Source: the human T2T-CHM13v2.0 reference genome, Homo sapiens. From it: DNA of 64,000 nt. A program made the translations under genes and the position numbers. Location of the stretch: assembly GCF_009914755.1 (NCBI RefSeq), contig NC_060927.1; one strand, given 5' to 3'. Shown in pieces: positions 27,842 through 42,820 of the stretch (its first letter is position 1; the number at the start of each line of letters is the position of its first letter). A model generated the notes under the pieces. That model was given only the letters and a program-made list of their open reading frames with translations. It did not search any database and was not told where the DNA came from.

Positions 27842-30800
27842 ATGATGAATAGAATAGTACCTCACATCTCAATACTAATATTGAATATAAATGGCCTAAA
27901 TGTTCCACTTAAAAGATACAGAATGCCGGAATGGATAAGAATTCACCAACCAAGTTTCTGCTGTCTTCAGGAGACTCACCTAACACAGAAGGACTCACAT
28001 AAACTTAAGGTAAAGGGGTGGAAAAAGATATTCCTTGCAAATGGACACCAAAAGTGAGCAGGAATAGCTAAACTTGAAAGCAGCAGCAGTTAAAAAAGAC
28101 AAAGAGGTGATAGTATAATGATAAAAGGACTAGTCCAACAGGCAAATATCACAATCCCAAATATATATGCACCTAACACTGGAGCTCCCAAAGTTACAAA
28201 ACAATTACTCATACTAGACCTAAGAAATGAGACAGATGGCAACATATAGTGGGGGACTTTAATACTGCACTGACAGTGCTAGATAGGTCATCAAGACAGA
28301 AAGTCAACAAAGAAACAATGGACTTAACTATACCCTAAAACAAGTGTACTTAACAGATATTTACAGAACACTCTACCCAACAACTGCAGAATATACATTC
28401 TATTTATCAGCACATGGAACATTCTCCAAGATAGACCATATGATAGGCCCCAAAACAAGTCTCAGTAAATTTAAGAAAATCAAAATTATATCAAGTACTC
28501 TCTCAGACCACAATGGAATAAAATTGGAACTCAACTCCAAAAGGAACCCTCAAAACGATGCAAATATGTGGAAATTAAATAGCCTGTTTCCAAATGATCA
28601 ACAATGAAATCAATATGGAAATTAAAAAATTCCTTGAACTGAACAATAATAGTGACACAACCTATCAAAACCTCTGGGATAGAGCAAAAGCAGTGCTAAG
28701 AGGAAAGTTCATAGCATTAAATGCCACATCAAAAAGTCTGAAAGAGCACAAATAGACAAGCTAAGGTCACATCACATGGAACTGGAGAAACAAGAACAAT
28801 CGAAATCCAAACCCAGCAGAAGATAATAAATAAGGAAGATCAGAGCACAACTAAATAAAACTAAAACAAACAAAAAATACAAAAGATAAATGAAACAAAA
28901 AGTTGGTTCTTTGAAAAGATAAATAAAACTGATGGACCATTAGCGAGATTAACCAAGAAAAGAAGAAAAAAGATCCAAATAAGCTCAATTAGAAAAAAAT
29001 TGGTAGATGTTACAACTGATACCACAGAAATACAAAACTATTCAAGGCTACTATGAACATCTTTACATGCATAAATTAGTAAAACTAGAGGAGATGGATA
29101 AATTCCTGGAAATATACAACCCTCCTAGATTAAACCCGGATGACATAGAATCTCTGAACAGATCCATAGCAAGCAGTGAGATTGAAATGGTAATAAAAAA
29201 TTGTCAACAAAGAAGTCCAGGACCAGATGGATTTGGACCTGAATTCTATCAGACATCCAAAGAAGAACTGGTACCAATTCTATTGACGTTATTACAAAAG
29301 ACAGAGAAAGAAGGAATCCTTCCTAAATCATTCTATGACGCCAGCATCGCCCTAATACCAAAACCAGGGAGGGATACAACAAAAAAGGGAAACTACAGAC
29401 CAATATCCCTGATGAACATAGATGCAAAAATCTTCAACAAAATACTAGTGAACCAAATCCAATAGCATATCAAAAAAAGATAATTCACCATTATCAAGTG
29501 GGTTTCATACCAGGGATATGAGATGGTTTAACATACATAAGTCAATAAATGTGATACACCACATGAATAGAATTAAAAACAAAAATTACATGATTATCTC
29601 AATAGATGCATAAAAAGCATTTGACAAAATCCAGTATCCCTTTATGATTAAAACCCTTGGCAAAAGCAGCATAGAAGGGACACATCTTAAGGTAATAAAA
29701 GCCATCTATGACAAATCCACAGCCAACATTATACTGAATGGGGAAAAGTTGAAAGCATTCCCCCTGGGAACTGGAACAAGACAAGGATGTCCACTTTCAC
29801 CACTTTTATTCAACAAAGTACTGGAAGTCTTAGCCAGAGCAACCAGACAAGAGAAAGAAATAAAGGGCATCCAAATCAGTAAAGAGGAAGTCAAACTGTC
29901 ACTGTTTGCAGATGATATGATTGTATACCTAGGAAACCCTATAGATGCATCCAAAAAGCTCCCAGAACTGGTAAATGAATTTGGCAAAGTTTCAGGACAC
30001 AAAATTAATGGATACAAATCAGTAGCTCTGCTATACACCAGCAGTGACCAAGCTGAGAATCAAATAAAGAACTCAACCCCTTTCACAATAACTGAAAAAA
30101 TAAAATAAAATAAATTACTTAGGAATATACCTAACCAAGGATGTGAAAGACTTCTGCAAGGGAAACTACAAAACACTGCTGAAATAAACCATAGATGACA
30201 CAAACAAATGGAAACACATCCAATGCTCATGGAAGGGTAGAATCAATATTGTGAAAATGACCATACTGCCAAAAGCGATCCACAAATTCAATGCAATTCC
30301 CATCAAAATACAACCACCATTCTTCATAGAACTAGAAAAAACAATCCTAAAATTCATATAGAACCAAAAAGGAGCCTGCATAGCCAAAACAAGGCTAAGC
30401 AAAAAGAACAAATCTGGAGGCATCATATTACCCAAGTTCAAAGTATACTATAAGGCCATAGTCACCAAAAAAGCATGGTACTAGTATAAAAATAGGCACA
30501 TAGACACATGGAATAGAATAGAGAACCCAGAAATAAAGCCAAATATTTACAGCCAACTGACCTTTGACAAAGCAAACAAAAACATAAAGCAGGGAAAGGA
30601 CACTTTATTCAACAAATGGTGCTGGGATAATTGGCAAGCCACATGCAGAAGAATGAAATTGGATCCTCGTCTCTCACCTTATACAAAAATCAACTCAAGA
30701 TGGATCAGAGACTTAAAACTAAGACCTGAATCCATGAGGACTGTAGAAGATAACATTGGGAAAACCCTTCTAGACATTGGCTTATGCAAAGACTTCATGA

Positions 30801-31630
30801 CCAAGAACCCAAGAGCAAATGCAGCAAAAATAAAGATAAATGGATGGGACTTAATTAAACCAAAAAGCTTCTGCACAGTAAAAGAAATAACCAGCAGAGT
30901 TACAAGCAACCCACAGTGGGAGAAAAATCTTCACAATCTATACATCTGACAAAGGACTAATATCCAAAATCTACAAAGTACTCAAACAAATCAGCAAGAA
31001 AAAAAAAATCCCATCAAAAAGTAGGCTAAGGACAGGAATAGACAATTCTCAAAAGAAGATATACAAATGGGTCCCAAGCATATGGAAAAATGCTCAACAT
31101 CACTAAGTATCAGGGAAATGCAAATCAAAACAATGCAATGCAATACCGCCTCACATCTGCAAAAATGGCCATGATAAAAAAATAAAAATTGATTGATTTT
31201 GGTGTGGATGCAATGAAAAGGGAGCACTTTTACACTGATAGTGGGAATGTAAACTAGTACAATCACTCTGGAAAACGGTGTGGAGATTCCTTAAAGAACT
31301 AAAAGTATCCTTTTGATCTAGCAATTCTACTACTAGGTATTTACCTAGAGGAAAAGAAGTCATTATACAAAAAAGATACCTGTACATGCATGTTTGTAGC
31401 AGCACAATTCGCAATTGCAAAAATATGGAACCAGCCCCAATACCCATCAATCAACCAGTGGATAAATTGTGGTATTTATATATACCATGGAATACTACTT
31501 AGCCATAACAAGGAACAAAACATTGGCATTCGCAGCAACCTGGATGGAATTGGAGGCTATCATTCGAAGTGAAGTAATTCAGGAATGGAAAACCAAACAT
31601 CCTATGTTCTCATTCATATGTGGGAGCTAA
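27842..31630 (+). pseudogene. ORF2: L1 ORF2p remnant (endonuclease and reverse transcriptase), fragmented
   Basis: EN motifs LNINGLN, CCLQETH, FSKIDH and SDHN; [13 protein letters not shown]; RT motifs [13 protein letters not shown] and LFADDMIVY, spread over several broken frames. Confidence 0.93.
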
Positions 31631-32213
31631 ACTATGAGGGCGCTAAGGCATAAGAATAATACATTGGACTTTGGGGACTTGGGGGAAAGGGTGAGGGGTG
31701 GCGAGGAATAAAAGACTACACATTGGATACAGTGTATGCTGCTCGAGTGATGGTTGATGCACCAAAATCTCAGAAATCACCACTAAAGAATTTATTCATG
31801 TAACCAAATGCCAGCTGTTCCCCCAAAATTTATTGAAATAAAAAATAAAAAAATTTAAAAAGACTAAATAGTGTTCAGAATATTCAAATATCTCCAGAGA
31901 CCAGGAAGGTAATATACATGTGCAAAACAGCATGGTGTAAGACTATAGAGAAATTTGATGTCAGCTGAATTGGACAGTAAAGAGTAAATGTTCCATCAAG
32001 AGGAATACCTGCCTGCCTCTGGCAGCATCTCCCCTAAACTTTGTGCTCTTTTTTTCAGCCAGGCCCTGCAGAGCCCTAAGAACACTTCTGCTAATTTAAG
32101 TAAAACCTTGGACCTTGAAAAGTTATTATCTTACCTTGTCTTCCAGGTAAAATAATAGACTTAAAATTAAAGTCTACTTGTGAAATCCTAACACAATTTT
32201 ATGCATTAATGGC

Positions 32214-33683
32214 TGATATGGTTTGGCAGTTTCCCCACTCAAATGTTATCTTGAATTGTAGTTCCCATAATCCCCACATGTCATGGGAAGGACCCAGTGG
32301 GAGGTAATTGAATCGTGGGGGCAGTTACCCCCATGCTGCTGTTCTCATAATAGTGAGAAAATTCTTATGATATCCGATGGTTTTATAAGGGGCTTTTCCC
32401 CCTTTGCTTGGCACTTCCCTTTGCCGCCATGTGAGGAAGGACATGCTTGCTTCCCTTTCTGTCATAATTGTAAGTTTCCTGAGGCCTCCCCAGCCCTGCA
32501 GAACTGTGAGTCAATTAAACATCTTTCCTTTATAAATAACCCTGTCTAGGTTATTTCTTCATAGCATCATAGAATGGACTAATATAGTAAATTGGTACTA
32601 CAGAGAGTGGGGTTCTGCTATAAAGATACCCCAAAATGTGGAAGCAGCTTTGGAACTGGGTAAAACGGGCAGAGATTGGAACAGTTTGGAGGGCTCAGAA
32701 GAAGACAGGAAGATGTGAGAAAGTTTGAAACTTCCTAGAGACTTGTTGAATGGCTTTGACCAAAATGGTGATAGGGATATGGACAATTAATTCCAGGCTG
32801 AGGTGGTCTCTGACGGAGATGAGGAACTTGTTGGGAACTGGAATAAAGGTGATTTCTGCTATGCTTTAGCGAAGAGTTTGGTGGCATTTTGCCCTTGCCA
32901 TAGAGATCTGTGGAACTTCAAACTTGAGAGAGATAATTTAGGGTATCTGGTGGAAGGTATCTGGATGTGAGTCATGGAGTCAAAGGGGATCATTTTGGAA
33001 CTTTAAGGTTTAATGACTGCCCTTTTGGATTTTGGACTTGCATGGGGCTGGTAGCCCCTTTGTTTTAGCCAATTTATCCCATTTGGATTGGGTGTATTTA
33101 CCCAATGCCTGTACCCTCATTGCATCTAGGAAGTAACTAACTTGCTTTTGATTTCATAGGCTCATAGGCAAAAGGGATCAGATGAGACTTTGGACTTGGA
33201 TTTTTGGGTTGATGCTGCAATGAGCTAAGATGTTGGGGGACTGGTGGAAAGGCATAATTGTGTTTTGAAATGTGAGGACATGAGATTTGGAAGGGGCCAG
33301 TGGTGGAATGATATAGTTTGGCTGTGTTGCCACTCAAATCTCATTTTGAATTGTAGTTTCCATAATCCCCATGTGTCATGGGAGGGACCTGGTGGGAGAT
33401 AATTGAATCATGGGGACTGTTACCTCCATGCTGCTGTTCTCATGATAATGAGTGAGTTCTCATGAGATCTGATGGTTTTATAAGGGGCTTTTCTCCCTTT
33501 GCTTGGCACTTCTCCTTGCTGCCGCCATGTGAAGAAGGACTTATTTGCCTCTCCTTCCGCCACAATTGTAAGTTTTCTGAGGCCTCCCCAGCCCTGCAGA
33601 ACAGTGACTCAATTAAACCTCTTTCCATATAAATCACCCAGTCTTGGTATTTCTTCATAGCAGCGCGAGAGTGGACTAATACA
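32214..33683 (+). mobile_element. THE1D MaLR retroelement with both LTRs (32214-32586, 33309-33683) and a deleted internal region
   Basis: Two direct ~375-bp LTRs (tgatatggtttgg...ggactaatata / tgatatagtttgg...ggactaataca). The internal part starts gtaaattggtac and ends ggaaggggccagtggtggaa. Degenerate TSD atggc/gtgcc. Confidence 0.93.
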
Positions 33684-33739
33684 GTGCCCATTTAATAGCC
33701 TTTTGTAATTAAGGTACACACTTTTGGCATAGTCTGTAC

Positions 33740-34202
<463 letters not shown>

Positions 34203-36257
34203 CTTTATGTTTTTGCCAACAGTTATTTTCAGCTTAGTCCATTTTCCATGTCCAGATTTTAGATATGAATCACATTTATTCTTATACAAGAAGGGGCCAT
34301 ACATACAAGAAGTGAAAAGATCACAGAATTAGGAATGAGAAGATCTTGCCTCTTACCCTAAGCAACTGATTGATTCTGTGACCTCAAGCAAGTCAGTGTC
34401 ATCCTCTGGGACTTACAGGAATGGAAAAGGTCTAAGAATGCTCTGGACTCTAGATAAAATTAGCAGGTACATAAGAGGAGCATAATCAAGGAAGGTGAAG
34501 GAAAGCTGGGCACAATCTAAAGTCCAAATGGCTTTCCAGTAGTGGTCAGAAGCAGAGAAACAGCAAGCAATTATTCCAACTGTAGATAATTTAATTGCAG
34601 GTCAATAAAATTTTCAGATAAGGAAGAGGAGACCAAGAGTAATGTCACACAAGCAAAAAGCTTCTGATGAACTGGAACTAGGAATTTACTGCCAACAGAG
34701 ATGCTGGAGGTTCCAAACCATTGTTGCCTAGAAGTGAAAAACCGGAAAAACTTGGAAGACTGAAATGGTTCTGCAAACTGAAAGGATACAAGATGTCTTG
34801 AATTACATTGCTGTTATTGCCACTATCCATCTGTGATGTCCAGACTAACATCGTACCTACCTTGAAATGGGACTCATCCTTTAGAACAAAGAGCTGGAGT
34901 TAGTTATATATTTTTGAAGACCTCATTATAACTAGTTACAGATAATATCTCTGCATCTTTTATGTTTGGCCATTTTTTTTTCTTGGAAACACTGACTCTC
35001 TGCAGGAGGGGCTGGTGCCTCAGAGAACACAAGTATGTTTCATTTCATCTGATGTCTCACCAACAAAACATCTTAATTATCTATCATAACATCTAATACA
35101 GGTCACTTTGGCCATGCATTTTGACTATTTATTATATGCTAAGTGTGTTGTTTTCATTTCCTCCTTTAATTCTTACAACTCTATGGGACAGGTACTATTT
35201 TATGCCCATTTTATTAATGATGGAGGTCCAGAGAAGTAAAGTATTTTAACTATAACCATATAAATTTTAAAAGATCCAAAGTTTCAAATACAGAGTTTTG
35301 ATAAAGTAAGCAATTCATTGATTTTTTTATTCTTTGAAGTCTCAAGAGCCTTTGTGGCAAATATCTGACTGCCCTGATTATGTGGCCCTGACTCCCAATA
35401 ATGCATTTCTAAAATAACAGGTCCCTTAAAGGGATCCAAAGTCCTTTTTAGACTTTCTCACTTCCTGAAAAAAGGTAACTGAGAAGTGGCTAGGGGCAGG
35501 CATTACCATCTTTGTAGGTAATGTAGTTTAAGCACAGGAAGGTTATTTGTCTAAAGTCACAAAGAGGAGTTTCAGAATTGTGAGTGGAGCCCTCACCTTG
35601 ACCTTGGAGAAAGGCTCAGGAGGCTCAAGAAACTATGCATGAAAGGCCTTGCTTTTCAACTGTTGCATAGTATCCAATTTCTAATGCAGGGGTTACTTTG
35701 TTCAGAAAGTGCTTAGAATCTTACTCTGTGATTCACTAAGGACACAAACTGCTGAAAAAAAGTGACAAACTATACACAAACAGAAGGAAAATAATAGAAA
35801 ATCTGTCATTTCATACTGGTCTAGGATACTGAAGAGTTCTAGTTACATTTCTTTTAAAACATACAATGTACCAAGAATTATGAGTTAGGCCAAAGGATTC
35901 TTTTCCCCTTCCAGAGCAACATATTTTTTTCTTCCTCTTCTGTAAAATGAATCAATATACAAATATAATTTCCTGTTTTCATAACTTTCATTGAAATGAC
36001 CTACTCTGTGAAACAAAGGAAATCCTTTCCCCTACATATAGGGAAAATACTCACATACATATAGCAGAAAACTATATAGTTTTCTCACCACAGTGAGGAA
36101 AAGCTCACTATATATAGCAGAAAAACACAAGGTTGAATTCTGTCCTCTGGAAACCTCCTCAAAAAACCTCCCCCATGTTTCTAAGGTCCAACACATGTTG
36201 CAGGGCTAAATTCAGAAAGAGAGAGTCCTGCTGAGGACAGTCACAGCAGACATTCTA

Positions 36258-36431
36258 AAATAAAGAGTGTAATTGGATTGTTTGTAACTCAAAGGGTAAA
36301 TGTTTGAGGGGATGGATACCCCATTCTTCAAGATGTGCTTATATTACATTGCATGCCTGCAACAAAATATCTCATGAACCCCATAAATATTTACACCTAC
36401 TATATAGCCACAAAAAATTAAAAATAAAAAA
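36258..36431 (+). mobile_element. L1MA (L1MA2/3-like) extreme 3' end
   Basis: aagagtgtaattggattgtttgtaactcaaagg...gaggggatggatacccc...ccccataaata...A tail. Confidence 0.85.
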
Positions 36432-37284
36432 CAATGCTAGGAATCAAATGAGCTGGTTGAAGAAAAAGAGATACATAAGCATGTCAGGATGAGGACAAGC
36501 TCTGAAAAGTTCTAGGCATCCAGTGAGTACAGTTAGGTACCATCTCTGGGCTCTGTTGCTGCTAGGGAATATCTTTGTTACCTTGGAAATCACTGTGGAT
36601 CATGCAGAGCATTTACTCACAGATGGTACCATTCTGCCATCTGAATCACCAGCCTCTAGTCTTGGGGAGCAGAGCAGAGATAGGGGAAGAGGGGCATTCT
36701 ACTGTGCCTGCAGCTGTCTTATAGTTACTGTGCAGATTCAGAGGTAACTCTGAGGGGTAAAATAGCTCCTATCCACTGTCAAGATACTGCTTTGGCCAGG
36801 CAGAAGGTTCTATATTGCAAATCAGAGCTGAAGTGAAAGACGGAGCCTGAGAAATGCTAGTAAGCAAGCAGCCAACTGAAGCTTCCTGATTGTCATCTTT
36901 TAAGCCTTTCCTTTTAGAATACATAAGATATATCTCAATACCTGGAGACGCTGTGAGCCATCCCAGTAAATCTTACTGCCAAGGGTTACTGTAGAAACTG
37001 CCTTTGTTGATTTCTACAGACAGGACCAAGTTACCAGGAGAACCCCAAGAACTGTGTACCAGCTAGTGGAGAAGAGCATTGGCAAAGGAATGTAGGACGT
37101 GGAAGGAAGAGAAGCCTGGTTATCAGATTCCACCTTTTGCCTGCCCTCCACCGTCTCTAATCTTGCCATGTCCTTTCTTTACCTTTGCCCCATCTAATTG
37201 TCCAGGGAACAGATTTTTGGATCTAAGAATAGGGGCACATTGTCAGATTCATATGAAGATCCTAGAGGAGGTTTGATTTTTAGC

Positions 37285-37420
37285 AAAAAGCATGGACTTT
37301 GGAGTTAGTTGGCCTAGGTTTGAATCTTGGTCCTGATCTTTCTAGTTACTTGATCTTGAGGCTCTCTGAGTAAAATGGTGATAACAAACCTACCCTGCAT
37401 GGCTGATGGGAAAAAATTAC
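37285..37420 (+). mobile_element. MIR fragment
   Basis: agcatggactttggagttag...ggtttgaatcttgg...gtaaaatggtgataa. Confidence 0.6.
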
Positions 37421-37769
37421 TCAAAATAGAAACTGGAGAGGAATTTTGATTCTCTACTTTCCCTTTTACCCTTTCCCACCTGGTCTCTGGGCAATAACAT
37501 TTCCTACCAAATTTATTGCTTAAATAAGTCTCCAAATGACTCCTTTGCTCTTTTATCCTCAATGTGACTGCATTTCAGGCCTCTTCATCTCTTGTCTGAA
37601 CCACAGTAGCACTCTGTTTTTCTTCTCTTCTTCAAGTCCATAGAACCAGATTAACTATCAGAAATGCAGCTCTGACAATATCATTTTTCTCCCCCATCCC
37701 AGGATAGGTGCTCTAAGGATTTTTCATTCCCTATCATTTCTTCACTTAAAATTTAAAATAAGTCTGTGT

Positions 37770-38081
37770 GGCTGGGCATAGTGGTTTATGCCTGGAATCA
37801 CAGCATTTTCAGAGGCAGAGGAGGAAAAACTGCTTGAGCACAGAGTTCAAGGCCAGCCTGAGAAACATAGTGAAATCCTAACTCTACAAAAAACACAAAA
37901 ATTAGCCAGGTGTGATGGCATGCATCTGTAGTCCCAGCTACTTGGGAGGCTGAAGGTGGGAGGACTGCTTGAGCCCAGGAAGCCAAGGCTGCAGTGAGCT
38001 GTGGTTGTGCCACAGCACTTCAGCCTGGGCAACAGAGCAAGACCCTGTCTCAAAATTAAATACATAAATAAATAATAAAAA
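37770..38081 (+). mobile_element. AluJ, full length
   Basis: ggctgggcatagtgg...tgcttgagcacagagttcaagg...ggaggactgcttgagcccagg; (taaa)n-type tail. Confidence 0.92.
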
Positions 38082-39239
38082 CCTATCTGCTTATTCATGG
38101 ACATCAGCCTTCCCCATTACACTTTGAATGTCCTGATGATAGAGATATTCATCTCCATATCCTAAGAACCTAGCATGGTGCTTCATAGACAGTAGGTCTT
38201 GAAAGAAGATTTATATATGACTGAAAGAATGACTACATATTTAATGTAATTAAGACAGATGGTACTTAAAAGATATTCAGCAATTACTTATAATTGTTAA
38301 AGAATAAATAGTTTAAATATTTGAAATTGACATGGTTCTGAAAATTCCAGCTCTGCTTCTTGATTATAAATTTTTTCATGTGGCTATCTTGGAATACAGT
38401 AGACAATCTAAGATTTGTAGAATGAATGAGTGAATAAGTGAATGAACCAACGCTATGAAATAAGGGCAGGTACTATTATCTCCATTTGATTACTAAAGAA
38501 AATGAGGCCCAGGGAGGGTGCTACTAAGCTCTGGACCATGCCCACAGAAGCCCAATTCCTGTAAGTAGGTGGAAGAAAAGTCCTGCCTGTCTTCCTGTCA
38601 TTCCAGTTCAGCAAAAGTCTTTCTTATTAGAGGAAAATGGCCTCCAGCAAGGCAAGCATGGAAACCAAGCATTTTCCTCCTTAACTCTATGTCCCTGGGT
38701 TTGGTTAGTAATGAGTTTGCAAGACCTGAGACCTGGAAACACATGAACAACAGGTACTCAAATAGCTGTGCCCAGGTGAAAAATTTATTTGTGAAAAGCA
38801 GCAGCTTTTGGTACTTTGTTCCACAGTAGAATGAAAGGAAAGTCATATCAAATTGCTTCTCAGAATGACAAGCTCCATTAATATTGAAGCAGTCAACTGT
38901 TAGAACTTTATAGTCAGGTAACTTTACAGTCCTGATAGATGGTTCTCACACAGATTCTTCTCGTGTGTAAGTAACAATGGAACACAGAACCCACTGTTGT
39001 CACTGAAGAGCTACAGGTCCTACAATGCATCAGTGCTGAAGTAGAAGAATTCAGGACAGTAAATTAGCAGAAACCCAGGAGAAAAAGCTAGTTCCTATTA
39101 CGAGAGGCACCAGCAGGGGAGGGCGGCCATGTGGAAATAGTTTTATGTTGTGGCACACTATAGGGCCAGTTGGATGCAACAATCACAACAATAACAACAA
39201 AAGGAAGCTAGAAGAACTGGCTTTATTCTTTCTAATCTC

Positions 39240-39405
39240 CAGGCTGACGTTCAAGTCTCTTGCCTTTCACTTCTAACTGTGAGAGCTGGGGCAAGTCACT
39301 TAAGCCTGCTGAGTCTGTCACTTCACTCCCAAAGTGGTTACAGAAATATCAATTCTTATAGGGTTTGGAGGAAGATGAAACGAGATCTTGTGGGCAAAGG
39401 GCTAA
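39240..39405 (+). mobile_element. MIR fragment
   Basis: ctgtgagagctggggcaagtcacttaagcctgctgagtct. Confidence 0.65.
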
Positions 39406-39457
39406 AAGAGTGCATAAGGTATGCAAAACCTAAGGGGTACAAAAGACCCTCTATTGG

Positions 39458-40075
39458 TCTATTAGTTTTATATTGCTGTGTAATAATTTACCACACAATA
39501 ATGGCCTAAAAGAAGGCCCATTTGTTATCTCACACTTTCTGTGTGTCAGGAGTTCAATTACACCGTGGCTGCGTTGTGTGCTTAGTATCTCACAAGGCTG
39601 AAATCTAGGTGTCAGGTAGGCTGCATTTTCATCTGAATGCTTGACTAGGGAAGGATCTGATTTCAAGCTCCCTCAGGTTATTGGCAGAATTTGTGGCTGT
39701 ACTATTCACGGTGGCTTGTTTCTTAGAAGACAGACGCTGAGAGACAGAGTCTCTGTTGCTTGGAGTTTCTGACTTCAGGGAAAGCCTAGGCCATCTTTTA
39801 AAGGGCATATCTGATTAGGTAAGGCCCACTAGTATAACTGCCCTTTAATTAGATATAATTCAAGTGATTAGGGATATTAATTACATCTTCACCTCTTCCA
39901 TACAACCATATATGACATAAAAAATAATCACAAGAAAGATATCCCATCACCTTTGCCATATCTATTGCTTAGAGAGTTACAGATCCTGCCCACGCTCAAG
40001 GAGAGGGAATTACACAAAAACATGACTACTAGAGGGTGAGAGTTATAGGGGCCACCCTAGGGTGTGACCATCATA
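39458..40075 (-). mobile_element. MLT1E-like MaLR solo LTR
   Basis: tattagttttatattgctgtgtaa...tctcacaaggctgaaatc...tctgattaggtaaggcccac...cctgcccacgctcaaggagaggg. Confidence 0.8.
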
Positions 40076-40154
40076 ATTTAGGTGAAGGAAGAAACTATAA
40101 GCACTTTCATCTGTATTATTTTTTAACCATAGCCTTTAAAAATTCTATTATTGC

Positions 40155-40470
<316 letters not shown>

Positions 40471-41264
40471 TTAAAACATACATACTATATTAGTATAATA
40501 GTAAATGCTTGCAATTAGTAAAATGTGCCTACATTGAAGGGTGCTTTTATTGATAGAAATGCATAGTAAAAAATGGTAAACCATTTCAAACCACATCTCT
40601 TTTTCCCACTTTCTCTTCCCACCTTTGCTAGTTATCCATGATATCCTGTGTCAGTTACTTAATCTATGTCTCACTTTCTTCATCTGTAAAATTAGAATAT
40701 TAATTCCTGTGCTATTTCCTAGGTGAGGCTCTGAAGAGAAAATGTTGAGGAAAGCATTAGAAAATAGATACAGTTTATAAAATGTAGGCAGAAAGGCAAA
40801 AGAGAGTTTTTATTACTTCTGACTTCAGACTCAGAAAAGCAAGAAAGAATCCTTCAAAGGGCCTTCCCCTTTCTTCCCATACATAATTTCTCCCACATAT
40901 ATGCAGGGTCCTCCTGAGATATTTTAAACACTATGGGGCTCTCTGAGCTTTTATTAAAAGCTTAGAAAAACCCTCGAGACCTCTTTTTCCCAACTGTCCA
41001 CACCTAAGGGCACTTCACCTGAAATGTGTTGGGTGATATTAAATCTCAGGAAAGTCGTTGGTATTTCTTCTCTTCCTTTTTCCTTTCATTACTGAAGATG
41101 ATAGATAAACACATCTACTATTTTGTTTTTCTCCTGCCTTAGAAGATCAATTGAACCTGTTTCCTCATTTAGCCTACATATCAGAATGGTAGTTTTGAGG
41201 AAGTTAGTGTGGCCTGACAGAAGAAACACAAGGCTTTAGGAAGTCTTAGGAGAAAGGACTTTAG

Positions 41265-41460
41265 AGTTAAACAGACCTGGGCTTCAGGTTCTTCCCTCAA
41301 GAGGTCTGCAAATATTCAGGAACTTACTCAGCTCTCTGATTTTCAGTTTCCTTCTTTGTTAACCTTGCAATTTTGTTGTATGGACAGAGGGGATGGAATG
41401 TGGGGTAGTACCTGGCACAGTTCCTGGCACACAGTAGGTACACAATACTGACTTAATGCT
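41265..41460 (+). mobile_element. MIR
   Basis: agacctgggcttca...ttactcagctctctgattttcagtttccttc...cctggcacacagtaggtacacaata. Confidence 0.7.
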
Positions 41461-42477
41461 CTTTTCCCTTCTGTAAGTCCAGATCCAAGTTTTAGTCTGG
41501 CTTCTAATGAGCTGTGTGGTCCCGGGGAAGTAATTTTTCCTCTCTGGTTCTCAGTTTTTTTCACTGGGATGATAAAGTTGTTGGAATACCTTGAGGTCTC
41601 TATCACATGATTCTAAGGAGTCCTGGGCTTCAAATCCCAACACCGGTGTACCCAGTTCTACAGGATCCAGAACTTACATAGGCTTCTCCCATGCTCTCTT
41701 CGTTACTCAGATTGAGGATTGCTGTTATCATTTTTAGCTTACTTGTTTTAATAAATGGCTGATGAAATCATTGCCGATATGCTTTCCAAAGAAATTAGGT
41801 GCGGCTGCTAAGTCTCAAATACATACTTGATTACTGTGTAGTGTAGGTTGTCTTTGCAGAATGAACAACAGAGCAAGGTAGTATATGATAAACTCATTTT
41901 AGAAAGCTAATAAAAACGTAGAAGGACAGCAGCCTTCTCTATCAGTTTAGTTCATATCACCAAGTGACTTTCCTATTGCCAGGTTACTTTAAGCCTAAGT
42001 AGACACTGGAATTTAGGAGATTGTCACCAGGTACTAACCAAATTGATCTGTAGTCTATTTCTTAATGTTGTCTAATATCACTATACAAAAGTAGAATACA
42101 CTTGCCCATACCGGGAAACCTCTCTAGGACTTTTAAAAATAATTATTTCCATTTTGAATTTTTAAACAGGAACTAGAAAGTTCTCAGCAAATATAACAAA
42201 TTGGCATGCTTATTAAAAATGTGTGTGTGAATTTTAAACTATATATTATTAAGTTAGAAAATTAAAAGCCAATTTAAAAAAAATAAATAGCTTTATGATT
42301 TAACCACTGAGAAGAATATACTGTTATTAGATTGGTGTTTTTCCTTCTAGTCATACACACACATGAGCACTTACATGCATGTACACACGCACACTTGCCA
42401 TATATTTACTGACAACTCATATTTATGTCCCTGCTGAGTTCTCTTCTCTGAGAATCAAACTTATGTAGGCAACTGCC

Positions 42478-42575
42478 ATGTTGTCCAACTGTCCTGGTTC
42501 ACCCAGGACTAAGTGGTTTCCTGAGATGTGGGACTTCCAGTGCTAAATTTGATACAATCCTGGGCCAACTGCCCA
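42478..42575. mobile_element. MER94-like hAT-Blackjack MITE within L2-like sequence
   Basis: ccaactgtcctggttcacccaggactaagtggtttcctgagatgtgggacttccagtgctaaa. Confidence 0.65.
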
Positions 42576-42820
42576 CTGTATAGTCTGTAGATGCCTTCAA
42601 CTCAGCAAATACAAAACTGAATTCATCTTTCTCATCCCAAACCTTTTGCTCCTTCAGTGGTCTGATTTTAAGGTATGGTACCATTTTTCATCCACGTGAC
42701 CAATAGAAGAATCAGGGTTAAGTCTTTCCTCTTCCTCTCTTTATATCCAAAGGTGATCTGGTACCAAGTTCTGGTCATCCCTGTTTAAAAATTAACTCAC
42801 ATGGATTACTGATAGGACTT

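Noticed and set aside
26763-31630. Possible active L1
   Set aside because: Both ORFs are broken into many fragments by stops and frameshifts.
39105-39128. CTCF-like caccagcaggggagggcgg
   Set aside because: The 3' half deviates from the CTCF core; not supportable without ChIP data.
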